Shown here piece after piece: positions 30,372 to 44,874 of a stretch of 64,000 bases of DNA. Every line of letters starts with the position of its first letter. Within the stretch, counting starts at the first letter, position 1. The translations under genes were made by a program, and so were the position numbers. The stretch is from Eledone cirrhosa. Taxonomy: Eukaryota. The stretch is taken from NCBI GenBank assembly GCA_964016885.1, contig OZ024748.1, positions 50,034,001 through 50,098,000 of the forward strand, read 5' to 3'. The notes beneath the pieces were generated by a model. That model was given only the letters and a program-made list of their open reading frames with translations, had not been told where the DNA came from and did not search any database.

Positions 30372-30727
30372 ACACACACACATATATTTATATGTATATA
30401 TATATATATAACCGATGATACATACAAAAAATAGTTAAAAGGAAGGAAAGAATGAAAGAAGTGAAAAAGAAGAAATGATATATTAGTTTCTTTCCAAGAG
30501 ATTAAAAGTCGGATTTCTAGGTAATATGTCTTTGGAAAGTACTTTCTGTGGATGTCATTTGTTGTGGGATGCAGGTTTTGGCGTTTGGGGAATTTTAGAT
30601 GTTTGGTCTTGGAATTATATTCCAATCTGTTCTTATCAGAAAATGAAGAATTCTCATATCTGTTCTGTTTGTTTTTTTTGTTTTTCGTATTTTTTGTTGT
30701 ATTTTTTTATCTTTGTACTTTAAGTTG

Positions 30728-31082
30728 TGGTGGGGGTGGGGGCGGTGAAGCTGGTAGGGGTGGAGAATGGGGTGGTGAAGGTGGTAGGGGTGGTGGTGAA
30801 GGCGGTGAAGGTGGTAGGGGTAGAGAGGGTGGCGGTGAAGGTGGTAGGGGTGGAGAGTGTGGTGGTGAAGGTGGCAGAGGTGGTGGTGGAGGCGGTGAAG
30901 GTGGTAGGGGTGGAGAGGGTGGCGGTGAAGACGGTAGGGTTGGGAGCGGGTGGTGGTGGTGGTGAAGGTGGTAGGGGCGGTGTTGGAGGTGGTGAAGGCG
31001 GTAGGAGTGGAGAGGGTGGTGGTGGTGAAGACGGTAGGGGTGGTGGTGGAGGTGGTGAAGGTGGTAGGGGTGGTGAGGGTTG
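30728..31082. repeat. G-rich ~30-bp tandem repeat (GGCGGTGAAGGTGGTAGGGGTGGAGAGGGT-like)
   Basis: Seen directly. Confidence 0.88.
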
Positions 31083-31373
31083 TGGAGCGTTGGTTGTTTG
31101 TTGTTGTTACACCTTTGTCATCTGACATCCATCATCATCATCATCATCGTCATTCTTATCATCATCATCATCATCATCGTAATGCTATCGACACCATAGC
31201 CGATCCTATACCAACACCACCACCGTCAATGACATGATCACAACCTGTACCACTCTCATTTTACTCCTCCCTACTCCCGTAATCATCATAATCGCCGCCT
31301 CTTCCCTAACCTTATCATCATCATCATGCCACCTCCCCTTCCTCCCCTTCCCCCTCCTCTTCCTCCGCATCAT

Positions 31374-31404
<31 letters not shown>

Positions 31405-31805
31405 ACCCCACCACCACCACCACCACCACCAATATCATCACTCATAGTCTTCCTACTCCTCCATGAATTCACTGTCCCCCTCATGCTCCCCTTCCTCCAA
31501 CCCCCTTCCCCTCCTCCGCCTCCTCCTCCTCCTCCTCCTCCTCCTCCTCCTCCTCCTACTACTACTACTACTACTCCCCTTCATCATCATCAGCATCATC
31601 ACCATCACAACAATCATCATCATCATAAACATCATTATTCCTAATCTGTTATTTTTTATGACTCTACCTTCCAATAGTTTTGTCACATTGTTTCACTAGT
31701 TCTCATGCAACGCTTCACTGACCAGATAGACATCTCTTGGGAAATGCATGATTGTCTCAACCTCACATTACATGTATTCCCTTCAATATCACATCTATCA
31801 ACCAT

Positions 31806-32195
31806 TTGGCAGTATCGGTAGAGAGTCGGACACCATGCTTTGAAGCATAGAGTTACGTCCCTTTATGATCTGAGTCCAAATCCCGCCGAGGTTAACTTTG
31901 CCTTTCATCCTTACGAGGTCGATAAAATAAAGTACCAGTAATGTACTGGGTAATTGCTGGCCTAAAATAGAAACAATTATTTCTTTCTCAAAGGGCGGTG
32001 GATTGGCAGTATCGGTAGAGGGTCGGACGCCATGCTTTGAAGCATAGAGTTACGGCCCTTGCCATTCTGAGTTCAAATCCCGCCGAGGTTAACTTTGCCT
32101 TTCATCCTTACAGGGTCGATAAAATAAAGTACCAGTAATACACTGGATGATTGCTGGCCTTGTACCAAACGTAGAAACAATTATTTCTTTCTCAT
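31806..32195 (+). mobile_element. Two SINEs in tandem; the second is inserted at the tail of the first
   Basis: TTATTTCTTTCTCA is duplicated at ~31977 and ~32181. Confidence 0.87.
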
Positions 32196-32430
32196 TGCCA
32201 AAGTTACTGATATCCAATTCCCCCAAATGCAGTGGTTGTCCTCGTTCTTCTTCTTCTTCTTCTTCTTCTTCTTCTTCTTCTTCTTCTTCTTCTTCTTCTT
32301 CTTCTTCTTCTTCTTCTTCTTCTTCTTCTGCCATTTCATCCTTCTTAACTGTAATTCACCAGATACGTACACACAGAAGTGCTCACACAAACACACGCAC
32401 ACATACACTCATGCACATACACTCATTCTT

Positions 32431-32493
<63 letters not shown>

Positions 32494-32750
32494 TCATCAC
32501 CATCATCACGTTAAGGTAGGAAGGGCGGTGGATTGCCAATATCAGGATGGCGTCAGGCATCATGCTTTGTGGTATTTAGTTACGTCCCTTTATGTTCTGA
32601 GGTCAAATCCGGCAGAGGATATCTTTGCCTTTCTCTCTTGTGGAGTCAATAAAATAAAGCAACAGTAATGCACTGGTATACATTTAATTGACTTTCCTCT
32701 TCCCTTCAAATTTAGATTTGTATGTATGTATAAGTTTGCGCACGTGTATA

Positions 32751-32825
<75 letters not shown>

Positions 32826-32829
<4 letters not shown>

Positions 32830-33382
32830 ATTAGAATACTGGAGCGTGTTGGAGTTAAACACCCTCTTCGTATTATAGAAATGACAGTAAAAGGTATAGC
32901 TCAATGCAGTTAAACAGAGCCAAAAAATTATGTGTGTGTGTGCGCACATATATACATGTATATATTGTACCTTTTGATTTTTAATTTTGTAATTTTAATG
33001 TTGGTAAAGGTATATTATTATAATGTATTATGTTTATTGCATTGTGTTATATATAATTCCTGCTCTATATAACCAAATTTGTTTAGATTTAGGTTAGTTG
33101 CTTTGGACTATATTTGTAATATGGTTCTTAATGTTATCTACATCCTTAGTTATTCTTATTATTATATATTTTTATTATTTTTATTTTTATTTTCCTTTTT
33201 ATTATCATATATTTTTGTAAGACTTTAGTGTATGCACACTCCATATTCTTCAGAGTTTCCGGCTTGTATCTGCCGATATTACTTCTTGTTGTTTTGATTG
33301 CCCTGATGAGTCCCTAATAGGACGAAACATTGTCGGCTAATAAAAACTTTTGATGTATTAAAGGATTCTTTGTTTTACTCTC

Positions 33383-33386
<4 letters not shown>
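32826..33386 (+). mobile_element. Probable solo PLE pLTR/3' end between (TA)n tracts
   Basis: A ~560-bp insert bounded by TA runs, ending in a canonical hammerhead followed by AATAAA. Confidence 0.6.
33297..33341 (+). ncRNA. Canonical minimal type I hammerhead ribozyme
   Basis: ATTGCC-CTGATGA-GTCC-CTAATA-GGAC-GAAA-CATTG-TC^-GGC(T)AAT; all core nucleotides are intact; GUC cleavage predicted after 33334. Confidence 0.85.
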
Positions 33387-33461
<75 letters not shown>

Positions 33462-33502
33462 GTGTGTGTGTACATATATATGTGTGTGTATATATATATA
33501 TA

Positions 33503-33562
<60 letters not shown>

Positions 33563-34847
33563 ATAAACTAAATCGGGAGACAAGACACCGAACGAAAACA
33601 AAGCAAAAAGGGGAGATCGTAAAAAATTATTTTTTGGAAATAAATAAATATACAAACGAAAGATATAGAACTCTATGGCCATCGACTGTTGAGGTGGACT
33701 TTGGCAGTTTCCACACCTACCAACGATACTGCTGGTCCAACCGGGGACACAAGCCAAAAAGCTGTCTCTGGAGTAAGAGACGAGACAAAAAAATAATTTA
33801 TAGCAGTTAAGCTGTAACATGTAGACATAGAATTTATGGGATGTCGAGGAAAATGTATTGTGATTTTATAGCCCGAGAGTCTCATGAAACAAAAAAGGAA
33901 AGGAAGGAAAGAAGAATGAGGTATTATGCATTTATAGCACAAAATACTCATGGATGAAACAAAGGAGAAAAAGAAAGAAAAAGAAGAAAAGGAAGAAAAA
34001 GAGGCAAGAAAAAATGTGAGCCATTGAAATTATGGAGAAAAGAGGACATGTTCGTCACAGATTAGTAAAGATAAACTTAGGAAAATTACCAAAGAGAGGA
34101 GAAAACAACGAAGAAGGTGTGTGCATATGTGAGTGTGTGGAAACAACACAGCACAATGAAGAAATATATTAGTTTAATGCTTGATATAGTAGGAAAAGAG
34201 AATTTACGTTTCAGACACTACTCTTTCATCAGGAGATAGAATGACAAATAAACAATTGAATTAGAAAGGCAGAGAGGAAAAAGAGGAAAGAAAAGAACTG
34301 AAAACAAATGATTTAAAAAAAAGCATGTGTGTATTCAATCAGCCATTTTGAGTGTATGGGTGGGGGTGTATCGACACAATAATTTTTACAGCAATGAGAT
34401 GATTGTAGATATACAAGGACACGTGATATCTTCATTAGAAGTATTGCAAAGAGAGTCGCATGAGAAGTTCATTCTTTTAGTATATGTTGTTGTAGAGAAC
34501 GCTGATAAATGAAAACGATCTAAGCATCAGGAGAATAAATACATTCGATTGGCTGGGTAAAGAAAAAAAAAGATAAAAAATAAGATAAAAATTATAAAAA
34601 TGTCTCCGAATCATTAAATTATCATTAAAAATGCAATTTAATATGACCTTTAAAAAATGAAGTATTATATTATTTATAGATATACATATTTTAGTTAGAA
34701 CTGCGAAGTAGTTTTCCATGTAATTACTGTATATATATATGTGTGTTTGTGTGTGTATGTGTGTGTCTGTGTAAGTGTGTGAGTATACGTATAAATGTAT
34801 TTATATATGTGTATGTATGTATATATATATATATATTTATATTCATA

Positions 34848-34896
<49 letters not shown>

Positions 34897-34897
34897 G

Positions 34898-35010
<113 letters not shown>

Positions 35011-35316
35011 GTATATATGTATATATATGTATGTGTGTGTGTGTGTGTATTTAAATTATTTCAGTATATATGACTAACCTAAAATAAAATATATAAGGGA
35101 ATTATTTCAATAAAATATGGACCACGAAAAATAATCGTTTTTAACAAGGTTTGGTGTGTGGGGAGGTGGGATTCCTCCATTCAATGGAATCGTCTAATAA
35201 ATGAAAATATGTTACCCTAGGGACCTGTGTGAATAGAAGATAGACGGAATAATTATATATATATGTGTGTATATGTGTGTATATATATATGTATGTGGGT
35301 AAGTATATATATATAA

Positions 35317-35525
<209 letters not shown>

Positions 35526-35991
35526 AAGTGAGAGAGAGAGGGGGGGGGGGAAGGAGTGAGGGAGTGATCGACAAGGTGAAAGGGAGAGAGAATGAATGCG
35601 ACTGTATGGAAAAGAGGAGGCTGCTTTAAGCTGAATTTGAGATGAAAAATTATAGAAAACATTTAAGAACGATGAACAATGAGTTTGAAACTAATTGTAA
35701 CAGAGAAGTAACATTACAGACAAAGATGAGTATGACAGAGTGAAAGCGATAAAGAGCGCATGGGTGTTACAATAGAGAAGAAACCGATGTGGCAGCCATC
35801 TTGAGTAGTCGTTAGTTTATCCGTAAAGAATCATCGAGGCTACCAATTAAATAAAAGACAAAAATGAAAACGTATCGGTTATATATGTCTACATATAGAT
35901 ACACACACACACAGACGCACAACTTAGACACACATACACATACACACACACACACACATACACACACACTTACACACACGTATATATATAT

Positions 35992-36272
35992 AAGTTAACA
36001 AGATATCGCTTGAGGTAATCCAAGTAGAGGTTATGAGTACTCTGTGTCGAGGATAGTTTTAAAGTTCGGCGTTGTTTGACTCAACAAGAAGCTTCCTTAG
36101 TCGGGTGATCGATTTAAGAAAGTATTCTGATGATTTGGTCGGGTATTGGCTGTAATTAAAATCGAGTGACCTGGCTTCTAGCTATCAGCGATTTTTAGAC
36201 ACACCGGACTAATTGTTAATACTTTAAATAAACCCTATTGTACAGCCGGCCACGTTATTCCTCACTCATTTA
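35992..36272 (+). mobile_element. Solo PLE pLTR (family A) with a long-stem-II hammerhead remnant at 36121-36223
   Basis: AGTATT-CTGATGA-TTTGGTC...GGACT-AATTGTT-AATACT...GTACAGCC; homologous to 20235-20400 and 53013-53200. Confidence 0.75.
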
Positions 36273-37284
36273 CTACATATATATATATGTGTGTGTATGT
36301 ATGTGTATGTGTGTGTGTGCGTGTTCGTGAGTGTGTATACATACATACATACATACATAAATATATATATATATATGCATCTAAATATATATATGTGTGT
36401 GTGTATATATGTAGTAATCAGCAATTGTATCCAAAAAGCAAGCCAAATTGATATACACACATATACAACTAAACTTACCTATTTTACTAAAGGAAAAGAA
36501 AATGAAGGACATCTTACAAAAGCACCCAATCATAAAAAGTTCACGACAACCAAAATCACTGAAAAGATAGTAACGTATTCAAAGCTACAAACCGTTAGTA
36601 AAGAACCTGAGGTAAATCGATCTTACTGCAGAGTATGCAAATATCTGTTAGAAGGTAACGAATTTAATCTCAAAGATTTAAATTTAAATTAAAAAATGAC
36701 TTCTCTTGAAAAATCTAATATGCATTATAACGAAAAAAAGGGGGAGAGAGAGAAAAAAATATAACAGAAGGGAAAAGGGAAGAAAGGGAAGAAAAGGGGA
36801 AAAAACACCGAAAAAAAAACGGGAAACAACAAACCGAAGAGGGAAACCCGAAGCACATGTATGTGAGCAACATCAACTACTGAACTTAAGTTCGAGGTTG
36901 TGTGCACAGAAAACAAAAACACGCCTGACCTCCGCAAGAGTAAGTGAGAAAGAGACAGCTTGAGCAACAAGCGAGAGAAACACATATATGTGTGTGTATT
37001 TGTTTATCTATCTATCTCTCTCTATATATATATATCCATAAACCCAACTTGCTCGACTATTTTATAGTTAAACCTGCTTTTTAGCAGCTAACAATAAGTT
37101 AAAGTACTTTCAAAATTTAAATTTCCTCAACGATTGATCAACGTGATGATCATGGCTGAATTTCTGTATCATTGCTGTGGTGACACTAAATAACAACTGA
37201 ATTAACATCAACACTACAAAACACTACAACCACCACAAACGTGATTTTAGACATGGCGACCACAGCAATAACGGCCACCATTTT

Positions 37285-37468
37285 GATTGGCAGTATCGGT
37301 AGAGGGTCGGACGCCATGCTTTCCAGCATAGTTACGTCCCTTTACGATCTGAGTTCAAATCCCGCCGAGGTTGACTTTGCCTTTCATCCTTACAGGGTCG
37401 ATAAAATAAAAGTACCAGTAATGCACTGAGTATGTGCTGGCCTTGTGCCTAAAGTAGAAACAATTATC
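37285..37468 (+). mobile_element. SINE copy
   Basis: Matches the family consensus seen in this window. Confidence 0.88.
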
Positions 37469-37749
37469 ATATAAACAAAACGTGCTATTACAACGTCTGT
37501 ACGTTCTACTGCACCACACTACTACAACCATATGTAAGCCTGACTCAATCACTTGATGACTAAATAGAAATTCACTCACTCAATAGATCGAGGTGGTTTC
37601 CTGCAGGAACAACATGTGGCGCCACCACTTGGCAATTTTTTTCATTTGTTTGTATTATTTACTAAATGATTCCATTACTTTTATTTTCGTTTTATTTCTT
37701 TGTACGTTTTATGTTGTTGATGTTGTTTGTATTGTTCATGTTTCTTGAG

Positions 37750-39990
37750 GTGTATAGTCGTTTGTGGTCTTTATATTGTTAATGTTTTGTGGGTGTTGTT
37801 ATTATTGTTGTATAGTCGTTTGTGGTGTTGATAATTGTTTCTACTTTAGGCACAAGGCCAGCAAATACCCAGTGCATTACTGGTACTTTATTTTATCGAC
37901 CCTGTAAGGATGAAAGGCAAAGTCAACCTCAATGTTTTGTGGGTGTTGTTGTCATTGTTGTATAGTCGTTTGTGGTGTTGATAATGTTGTTAATGTTTTG
38001 TAGGTGTTGTTATTGTTGTATAGTCGTTTGTGGTGTTGATAATGTTGTTAATGTTTTGTAGGTGTTGTTATTGTTGTATAGTCGTTTGTGGTGTTGATAA
38101 TGTTGTTAATGTTTTGTGGGTGTTGTTGTTATTGTTGTATAGTCGTTTGTGGTGTTGATAATGTTGTTAATGTTTTGTGGGTGTTGTTATTGTTGTATAG
38201 TCGTTTGTGGTGTTGATAATGTTGTTAATGTTTTGTGGGTGTTGTTGTTAATGTTGTATAGTCGTTTGTGGTGTTGATAATGTTGTTAATGTTTTGTGGG
38301 TGTTGTTGTTATTGTTGTATAGTCGTTTGTGGTGTTGATAATGTTGTTAATGTTTTGTGGGTGTTGTTATTGTTGTATAGTCGTTTGTGGTGTTGATAAT
38401 GTTGTTAATGTTTTGTGGGTGTTGTTATTATTGTTGTATAGTCGTTTGTGGTGTTGATAATGTTGTTAATGTTTTGTGGGTGTTGTTGTTATTGTTGTAT
38501 AGTCGTTTGTGGTGTTGATAATGTTGTTAATGTTTTGTGGGTGTTGTTGTTATTGTTGTATAGTCGTTTGTGGTGTTGATAATGTTGTTAATGTTTTGTG
38601 GGTGTTGTTGTTATTGTTGTATAGTCGTTTGTGGTGTTGATAATGTTGTTAATGTTTTGTGGGTGTTGTTGTTATTGTTGTATAGTCGTTTGTGGTGTTG
38701 ATAATGTTGTTAATGTTTTGTGGGTGTTGTTATTGTTGTATAGTCGTTTGTGGTGTTGATAATGTTGTTAATGTTTTGTGGGTGTTGTTATTGTTGTATA
38801 GTCGTTTGTGGTGTTGATAATGTTATTAATGTTTTGTGGGTGTTGTTGTTATTGTTGTATAGTCGTTTGTGATGTTGATAATATTGTTAATGTTTTGTGG
38901 GTGTTGTTGTTATTGTTGTATAGTTGTTTGTGGTGTTGATAATGTTGTTAATGTTTTGTGGGTCTTGTTGTTAATGTTGTATAGTCGTTTGTGGTGTTGA
39001 TAATGTTGTGAATGTTTTGTGGGTGTTGTTATTGTTGTATAGTCGTTTGTGGTGTTGATAATGTTGTGAATGTTTTGTGGGTGTTGTTATTGTTGTATAG
39101 TCGTTTGTGGTGTTGATAATGTTGTGAATGTTTTGTGGGTGTTGTTATTGTTGTATAGTCGTTTGTGGTGTTGATAATGTTGTTAATGTTTTGTGGGTGT
39201 TGTTGTTATTGTTGTATAGTTGTTTGTGGTGTTGATAATGTTATTAATGTTTTGTGGGTGTTGTTGTTATTGTTGTATAGTCGTTTGTGGTGTTGATAAT
39301 GTTATTAATGTTTTGTGGGTGTTGTTATTGTTGTATAGTCGTTTGTGATGTTGATAATATTGTTAATGTTTTGTGGGTGTTGTTGTTATTGTTGTATAGT
39401 TGTTTGTGGTGTTGATAATGTTGTTAATGTTTTGTGGGTCTTGTTGTTAATGTTGTATAGTCGTTTGTGGTGTTGATAATGTTGTGAATGTTTTGTGGGT
39501 GTTGTTATTGTTGTATAGTCGTTTGTGGTGTTGATAATGTTGTGAATGTTTTGTGGGTGTTGTTATTGTTGTATAGTCGTTTGTGGTGTTGATAATGTTG
39601 TGAATGTTTTGTGGGTGTTGTTATTGTTGTATAGTCGTTTGTGGTGTTGATAATGTTGTTAATGTTTTGTGGGTGTTGTTGTTATTGTTGTTTAGTCGTT
39701 TGTGGTGTTGATAATGTTGTGAATGTTTTGTGGGTGTTGTTATTGTTGTATAGTCGTTTGTGGTGTTGATAATGTTGTTAATGTTTTGTGGGTGTTGTTA
39801 TTGTTGCATAGTCGTTTGTGGTGTTGATAATGTTGTGAATGTTTTGTGGGTGTTGTTATTGTTGTATAGTCGTTTGTGGTGTTGATAATGTTGTTAATGT
39901 TTTGTGGGTGTTGTTGTTATTGTTGTTTAGTCGTTTGTGGTGTTGATAATGTTATTAATGTTTTGTGGGTGTTGTTGTTATTGTTGTTGT
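37750..39990. repeat. Minisatellite with a 59/62-bp unit, about 35 copies, and a SINE 3' half (37831-37930, -) inserted near its left edge
   Basis: Unit AATGTTTTGTGGGTGTTGTT(GTT)ATTGTTGTATAGTCGTTTGTGGTGTTGATAATGTTGTT. Confidence 0.97.
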
Positions 39991-41287
39991 TGTTGATGTT
40001 GTTATGGTTGTGTTGTTGATGGAGGTGTGGGTTTTGTAGTTGTTTTATGTCTTGATTGCTGTTGTTAACATTGTTCTTGTTGTTGTGGTGGTTGTCTTGG
40101 TGGTAGTTATAGATTTTCTTTTATCATGTAAAGATTTTTTTATTGTTGTAGTCGTTTTAGTTGTCGACATTGATGATCTTGTAAATACTGTTGTTGTCAT
40201 AGTTGTTACTTTTGTTGTATCTGTTGTTATTACAGTTGTTGTTATTACTGTTGTTGTTGTTATTACAGTTGTATCTGTTGTTATTACTGTTGTATCTGTT
40301 GTTATTCTTGTTGTTGTTGTTATTATTGTTGTATCTATTGGTATTACTGTTGTTATTGTTGTAGCTGCTGTTACTCATGCCATTACAGTTGTTATTGTTG
40401 TTGTTGTTTATATCGTTCTTGGGGCTGTTGTTACTTCTGTTTGAGTAATTGTTGTATTTGGTGTACTACATGAGTGTAAGAGGTTTTACTTTTCTTGTCG
40501 AGGTTAATAATCTCGTATCTTTTACTGAGATTATTGTTGTTGTTGCTCTTGTTATTGTTGTTCTTGTTCTTGTTATTGTTGTTGTTACTCTTGTTATTAT
40601 TGTTGTTGTTGCTCTTGTTATTGTTGTTGTTGTTGCTATTGTTATTATTGTTGTTCTTGCTCTTGTTATTATTGTTGTTGTTGCTCTAGTTTTTGTTGTA
40701 CTTTTTTGCAGTTTTGTTTGTTGCGATTTTTGCTGCTTTTGTACTTTTTTTTGTTTATTGGGATTCTCATTGCTGTTACTACTGATTTTCCTCTATGCTG
40801 ATTCATTGTATGCTGTTGTTCTTGTTGCTGTTGTCGTCGTCAATGTTATTTTCGTTGCTGTCGTTATTATTGCTATTGTTGTAGTTGTTGTTTTGCTGCT
40901 GATTTTACTATCGTTATTTATATTACTGCTGCTTTTGATGTTGTTGCTGCCTTCATTGCCGCTGTTTTCGTTATCGTTGTTCTTATTGCTGCTGCTGCTG
41001 CTGCTGCTGCTGTTGTTGTGGTTGTTGTTGTTGTTGTACTTTTAGTTGTTGAAGCTGGTGTTTAAACTATCATTATTGTTTTTTCTGTGTTAAAATCCCG
41101 CCTTGGTTAACTTTGCCTTTCATCCTTACGGGGTCAATAAAAAAAGAACCAGTAATACACTGGGTAATTGGTGGCCTTGTGCTAAAAGTTGAAACAATTA
41201 TTGGTTTTATTTACTATTTTTTGTGGGCTTTAGAAACTCTGAAGTTGCATCAAAAACAGAAGACTATTTAAAATCTACACCCTTCAT

Positions 41288-41370
<83 letters not shown>

Positions 41371-41394
41371 GTATTTATAAATGTACATATGTAT

Positions 41395-41465
<71 letters not shown>

Positions 41466-41802
41466 TATACATATATATATATAGTATCATTATTTCAAAT
41501 TTCAAAGGAAAATAGGAACAAAATACCATACTACACATAAACACATGCACACATGCGCACATGCACAGACACACACACTCAGGCACAGACCAACACGCAC
41601 ACACACGTACACAGGTAATACCATCTCCACATAACCACACATACGCATTTCATACAGTCATATACACACTTTTCAAAATTTAAATTTCTTCAACGTTTGC
41701 TGAACGGGGTCCTGGCTGGAACTCTGTACTGTTGCTGTGGCGACACTAAATAATACCGGTATTAACATCACCATTACACCCTCTGTAACCATGACTACAG
41801 AT

Positions 41803-42345
41803 ACGATAACTGTTTCCACTTTAGGCACAAGGCCAGCAATTTGAAGGGGACGGAAAAGTTCATTTAATCCACCCCATTGCATTACTAGAGCTTTATTTAT
41901 CGACCCCGTAAGGAAGAAAGTTAAAGCTAACCCCAACTACTACAACAATAACTGTTTCTACTTTAGGTACAAGGCCAGCAATTTAAAGGGGACGGCAAAG
42001 TTGATTTAATCGACCCCCGTGCATTACTAGAGCTTTATTTATCGACCCCGTAAGGATGAAAGTTAAAGCTAACCCCAACTACTACAACGATAACTGTTTC
42101 TACTTTAGGCACAAGGCCAGCAATTTGAAGGGGACGGCAAAGTTGATTTAATCGACCCCCGTGCATTAATAGAGCTTTATTTATCGACCCCGTAAGGATG
42201 AAAGTTAAAGCTAACTCCAACGACTATAACGATAACTGTTTCTACTTTAGGCACAAGGCCAGCAATTTGAAGGGGACGGCAAAGTTGATTTAATCCACCC
42301 CAGTGCATTACTAGAGCTTTATTTATCGACCCTGTAAGGAAGAAA
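41803..42345 (-). repeat. Tandem array of four ~142-bp SINE-3'-half units
   Basis: ATAACTGTTTCTACTTTAGGCACAAGGCCAGC...GACCCCGTAAGGA recurs at ~41803, 41945, 42087 and 42230. Confidence 0.9.
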
Positions 42346-44225
42346 CGACTATAACGATAACGACCACTCAAAGAAATATCAATTAACAACAATAACTTGA
42401 ACTATTACTCTGATATATAGTCTCTTCTTCGCTTTTACTGTTATTTTCTAGTAACTACAAATACAGTAATTATATCCACTTATATTGGTAAACCGTATTA
42501 AATGAAACCCTTTTAGAAAGTATCCAAGCTTCCGTACATAAGTCTATTTGGAAGGGTTATGTATAAAGCATGCATAGATCAAAATTATACTGAAAATAAG
42601 GACGAGGAAAATCACGCCACTTTACCTCCTTACGGACAACTGACGAAGCACACTAGAAAAAGGAGAAACACGCATATATAGGTCTAATAACATATAATAT
42701 CTAAAGTCTTTAGAGAAGAAGCAATCTCAGGCAAGTATTTCGGCATTTAAATCCTTACACTCAAGGGGATCCGGGCCACATTCAGATTATCATATCATTC
42801 CTCTTTCCCCTTTGTCTGTCACCTATTAAACACATGGATATCGAAGACACGTAGTGTGTAGAACTCCAAAGACCTATGGAGATCGTTTCCGTTCCGCCTC
42901 GACCAGAAAATATCCCAGCAGCCTCAGATATTTCCTTCAGAGATTTGCTCTTCCCCTTCTAGAGATTATAGGCCAATTTATCTACAACTCCTTCTAATCT
43001 AAAACCTCTATGTTAAGGAGCTTGGTCTCGAGACAGGGTTTCCTTTGGCTGTTGCCTGGACTGGTATATTTTCCAATCATATAGACATGGGACTCTTTCA
43101 TCCTATTTTAACATAGCATAGAGAGGTCAAGGGAAATCAGCTGGTCAGATAAACTGGCCACACATGCTGATGATTTCTGGCTGATTTCCAGATTTGTCTA
43201 TTGTACATTATATGACATCCTCTCGCCCAGGAGATTGTACACTTTAATCCCGGTGATATTATTGAATTATTTGGCTTATATATATCTATAATTCAAAATA
43301 CAGTAAGACCAAGGTTTAGTATTATTGTTGTATATTTATACATCTACGACCGTTTCAATGCAACTAGAAATGTTCATGAATAGTTGTGAAAAACCGACAA
43401 TTCTCAGTTAATTAGCTCCACACAGGTACTTTACTCCAAGCCATATCTCTTACCAATGAAAAAATTGAAAGAGCACACTATAACCTCATATATATATATA
43501 TATATATATAACAAACAGGGTGTATAAGATACCAAGCGGACCATAATGTAATGAACCAAAGTACTGAATACTTAGGGTAGTAGAGTGGGTGATAGGGAAT
43601 GAGTCAGGACCTCGATGGCTGTCGAAACGGGCGGAGTTCAGCCGTCGGGGTCCTTACTCTTTTCCTATATATATATATATATATGGTGTGTGTGTTCGTG
43701 TTTGTACACACACTCACGTACAGAAATACAAAAACAAACATACACATTCACAGACGCACACACACCTGCCCACGCATACAGACAAACACGTACATACATA
43801 AAATAGCATCGAAAAACATACAGACTCCGAGTAAGTGGAGCTGATGTCGGTATTCAGATCGTTAGACAAGTGTTTCATTTCTGTTGAGGCTTAAGGAATA
43901 GCATGAACGCCACAGTACAACAAGGTATCCAACATTATGTAAGATGAAACTCCTTCGTCTAGAGATGAAAAGGAAACCCCAAATGTCGTCACACAAACAG
44001 GCAGACATTCATACATGAATATAAGTTCAAATTTATAAGATGACACCTATATATTCATCATATACTCTGATATATATGTATGTACGTACGTATGTATGCA
44101 TGTATGTACGTATGTATGCATGTATGTATGTATGTTTACAAGTATGTATGTTTGTATGTATGTATGTATGCATGTACGTATTTATGTATGTATATATGTA
44201 TGTAGGTACGTATGTATTTTAGTGA

Positions 44226-44256
<31 letters not shown>

Positions 44257-44270
44257 TGTATGTACAATAT

Positions 44271-44874
44271 GTCAGGTCACCAGTTGGTGCTACTGGTAAC
44301 ATGTCTCCCAGTACAACCTGTCTCATGGTCGAGTCGTTGGCGACTAAACTGGCAACCCACCAAGGTTTCTTGGTGAGGAGGGTGACTTTGGACATCCTGC
44401 AGGACTAAAAACAAAACCTGTCAAAGGGCAAAGGAGCTCTTAAGAGTCAATGGCCATCCAAAATCACCGGGAGAGATGACCCCTTAGCCTTTGTCAAGGC
44501 AGAATTCTAGAAGGAAAACTCTGATATAACACCTGCAACCCTGATGGTATCCAATGATGTTGACTTGTTCTTCTTTTTGGTAAATATCATCTTGGTTAAG
44601 AGAGTGGGACTGGCTTTGTGCAGTGACTTTGCTCACTATAAAAGCTTCACGGCACAGGCATTGCTTTGTATCTGGAGATCTCTCTGCACTTGTCGTCACA
44701 TGGTACCATGGGCCCAGCACTATGTGTCAATAATTGTCACAAGTGTAGTGTTTGTACCAGAGTTTTCAAGTCGCTGGCTGGACTAAAAAGTCACACTCGT
44801 TCAGCGCTTTGGTAGGGGTTCTCTTACATGGATATAAAGTAGTGGCCGTACTCGAAAACGAGTTGGCAGCCACC
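44271..44874 (+). mobile_element. ~600-bp RTE-like element, copy 3
   Basis: GTCAGGTCACC...GGCAGCCACC within (TATG)n. Confidence 0.8.

Noticed and set aside
30552-31125. Gly-rich (GGEGGRGG) protein
   Set aside because: It is a low-complexity tandem repeat among other simple repeats, with no splice or domain support.
31992-32090. tRNA gene
   Set aside because: A/B-box-like motifs only, with no full cloverleaf; this is a SINE head.
37750-39990. CRISPR-like periodicity
   Set aside because: There are no unique spacers and no cas genes, and the context is eukaryotic.
40040-41045. Hydrophobic membrane-protein-like ORFs
   Set aside because: They derive from degenerate (GTT/ATT)n sequence.
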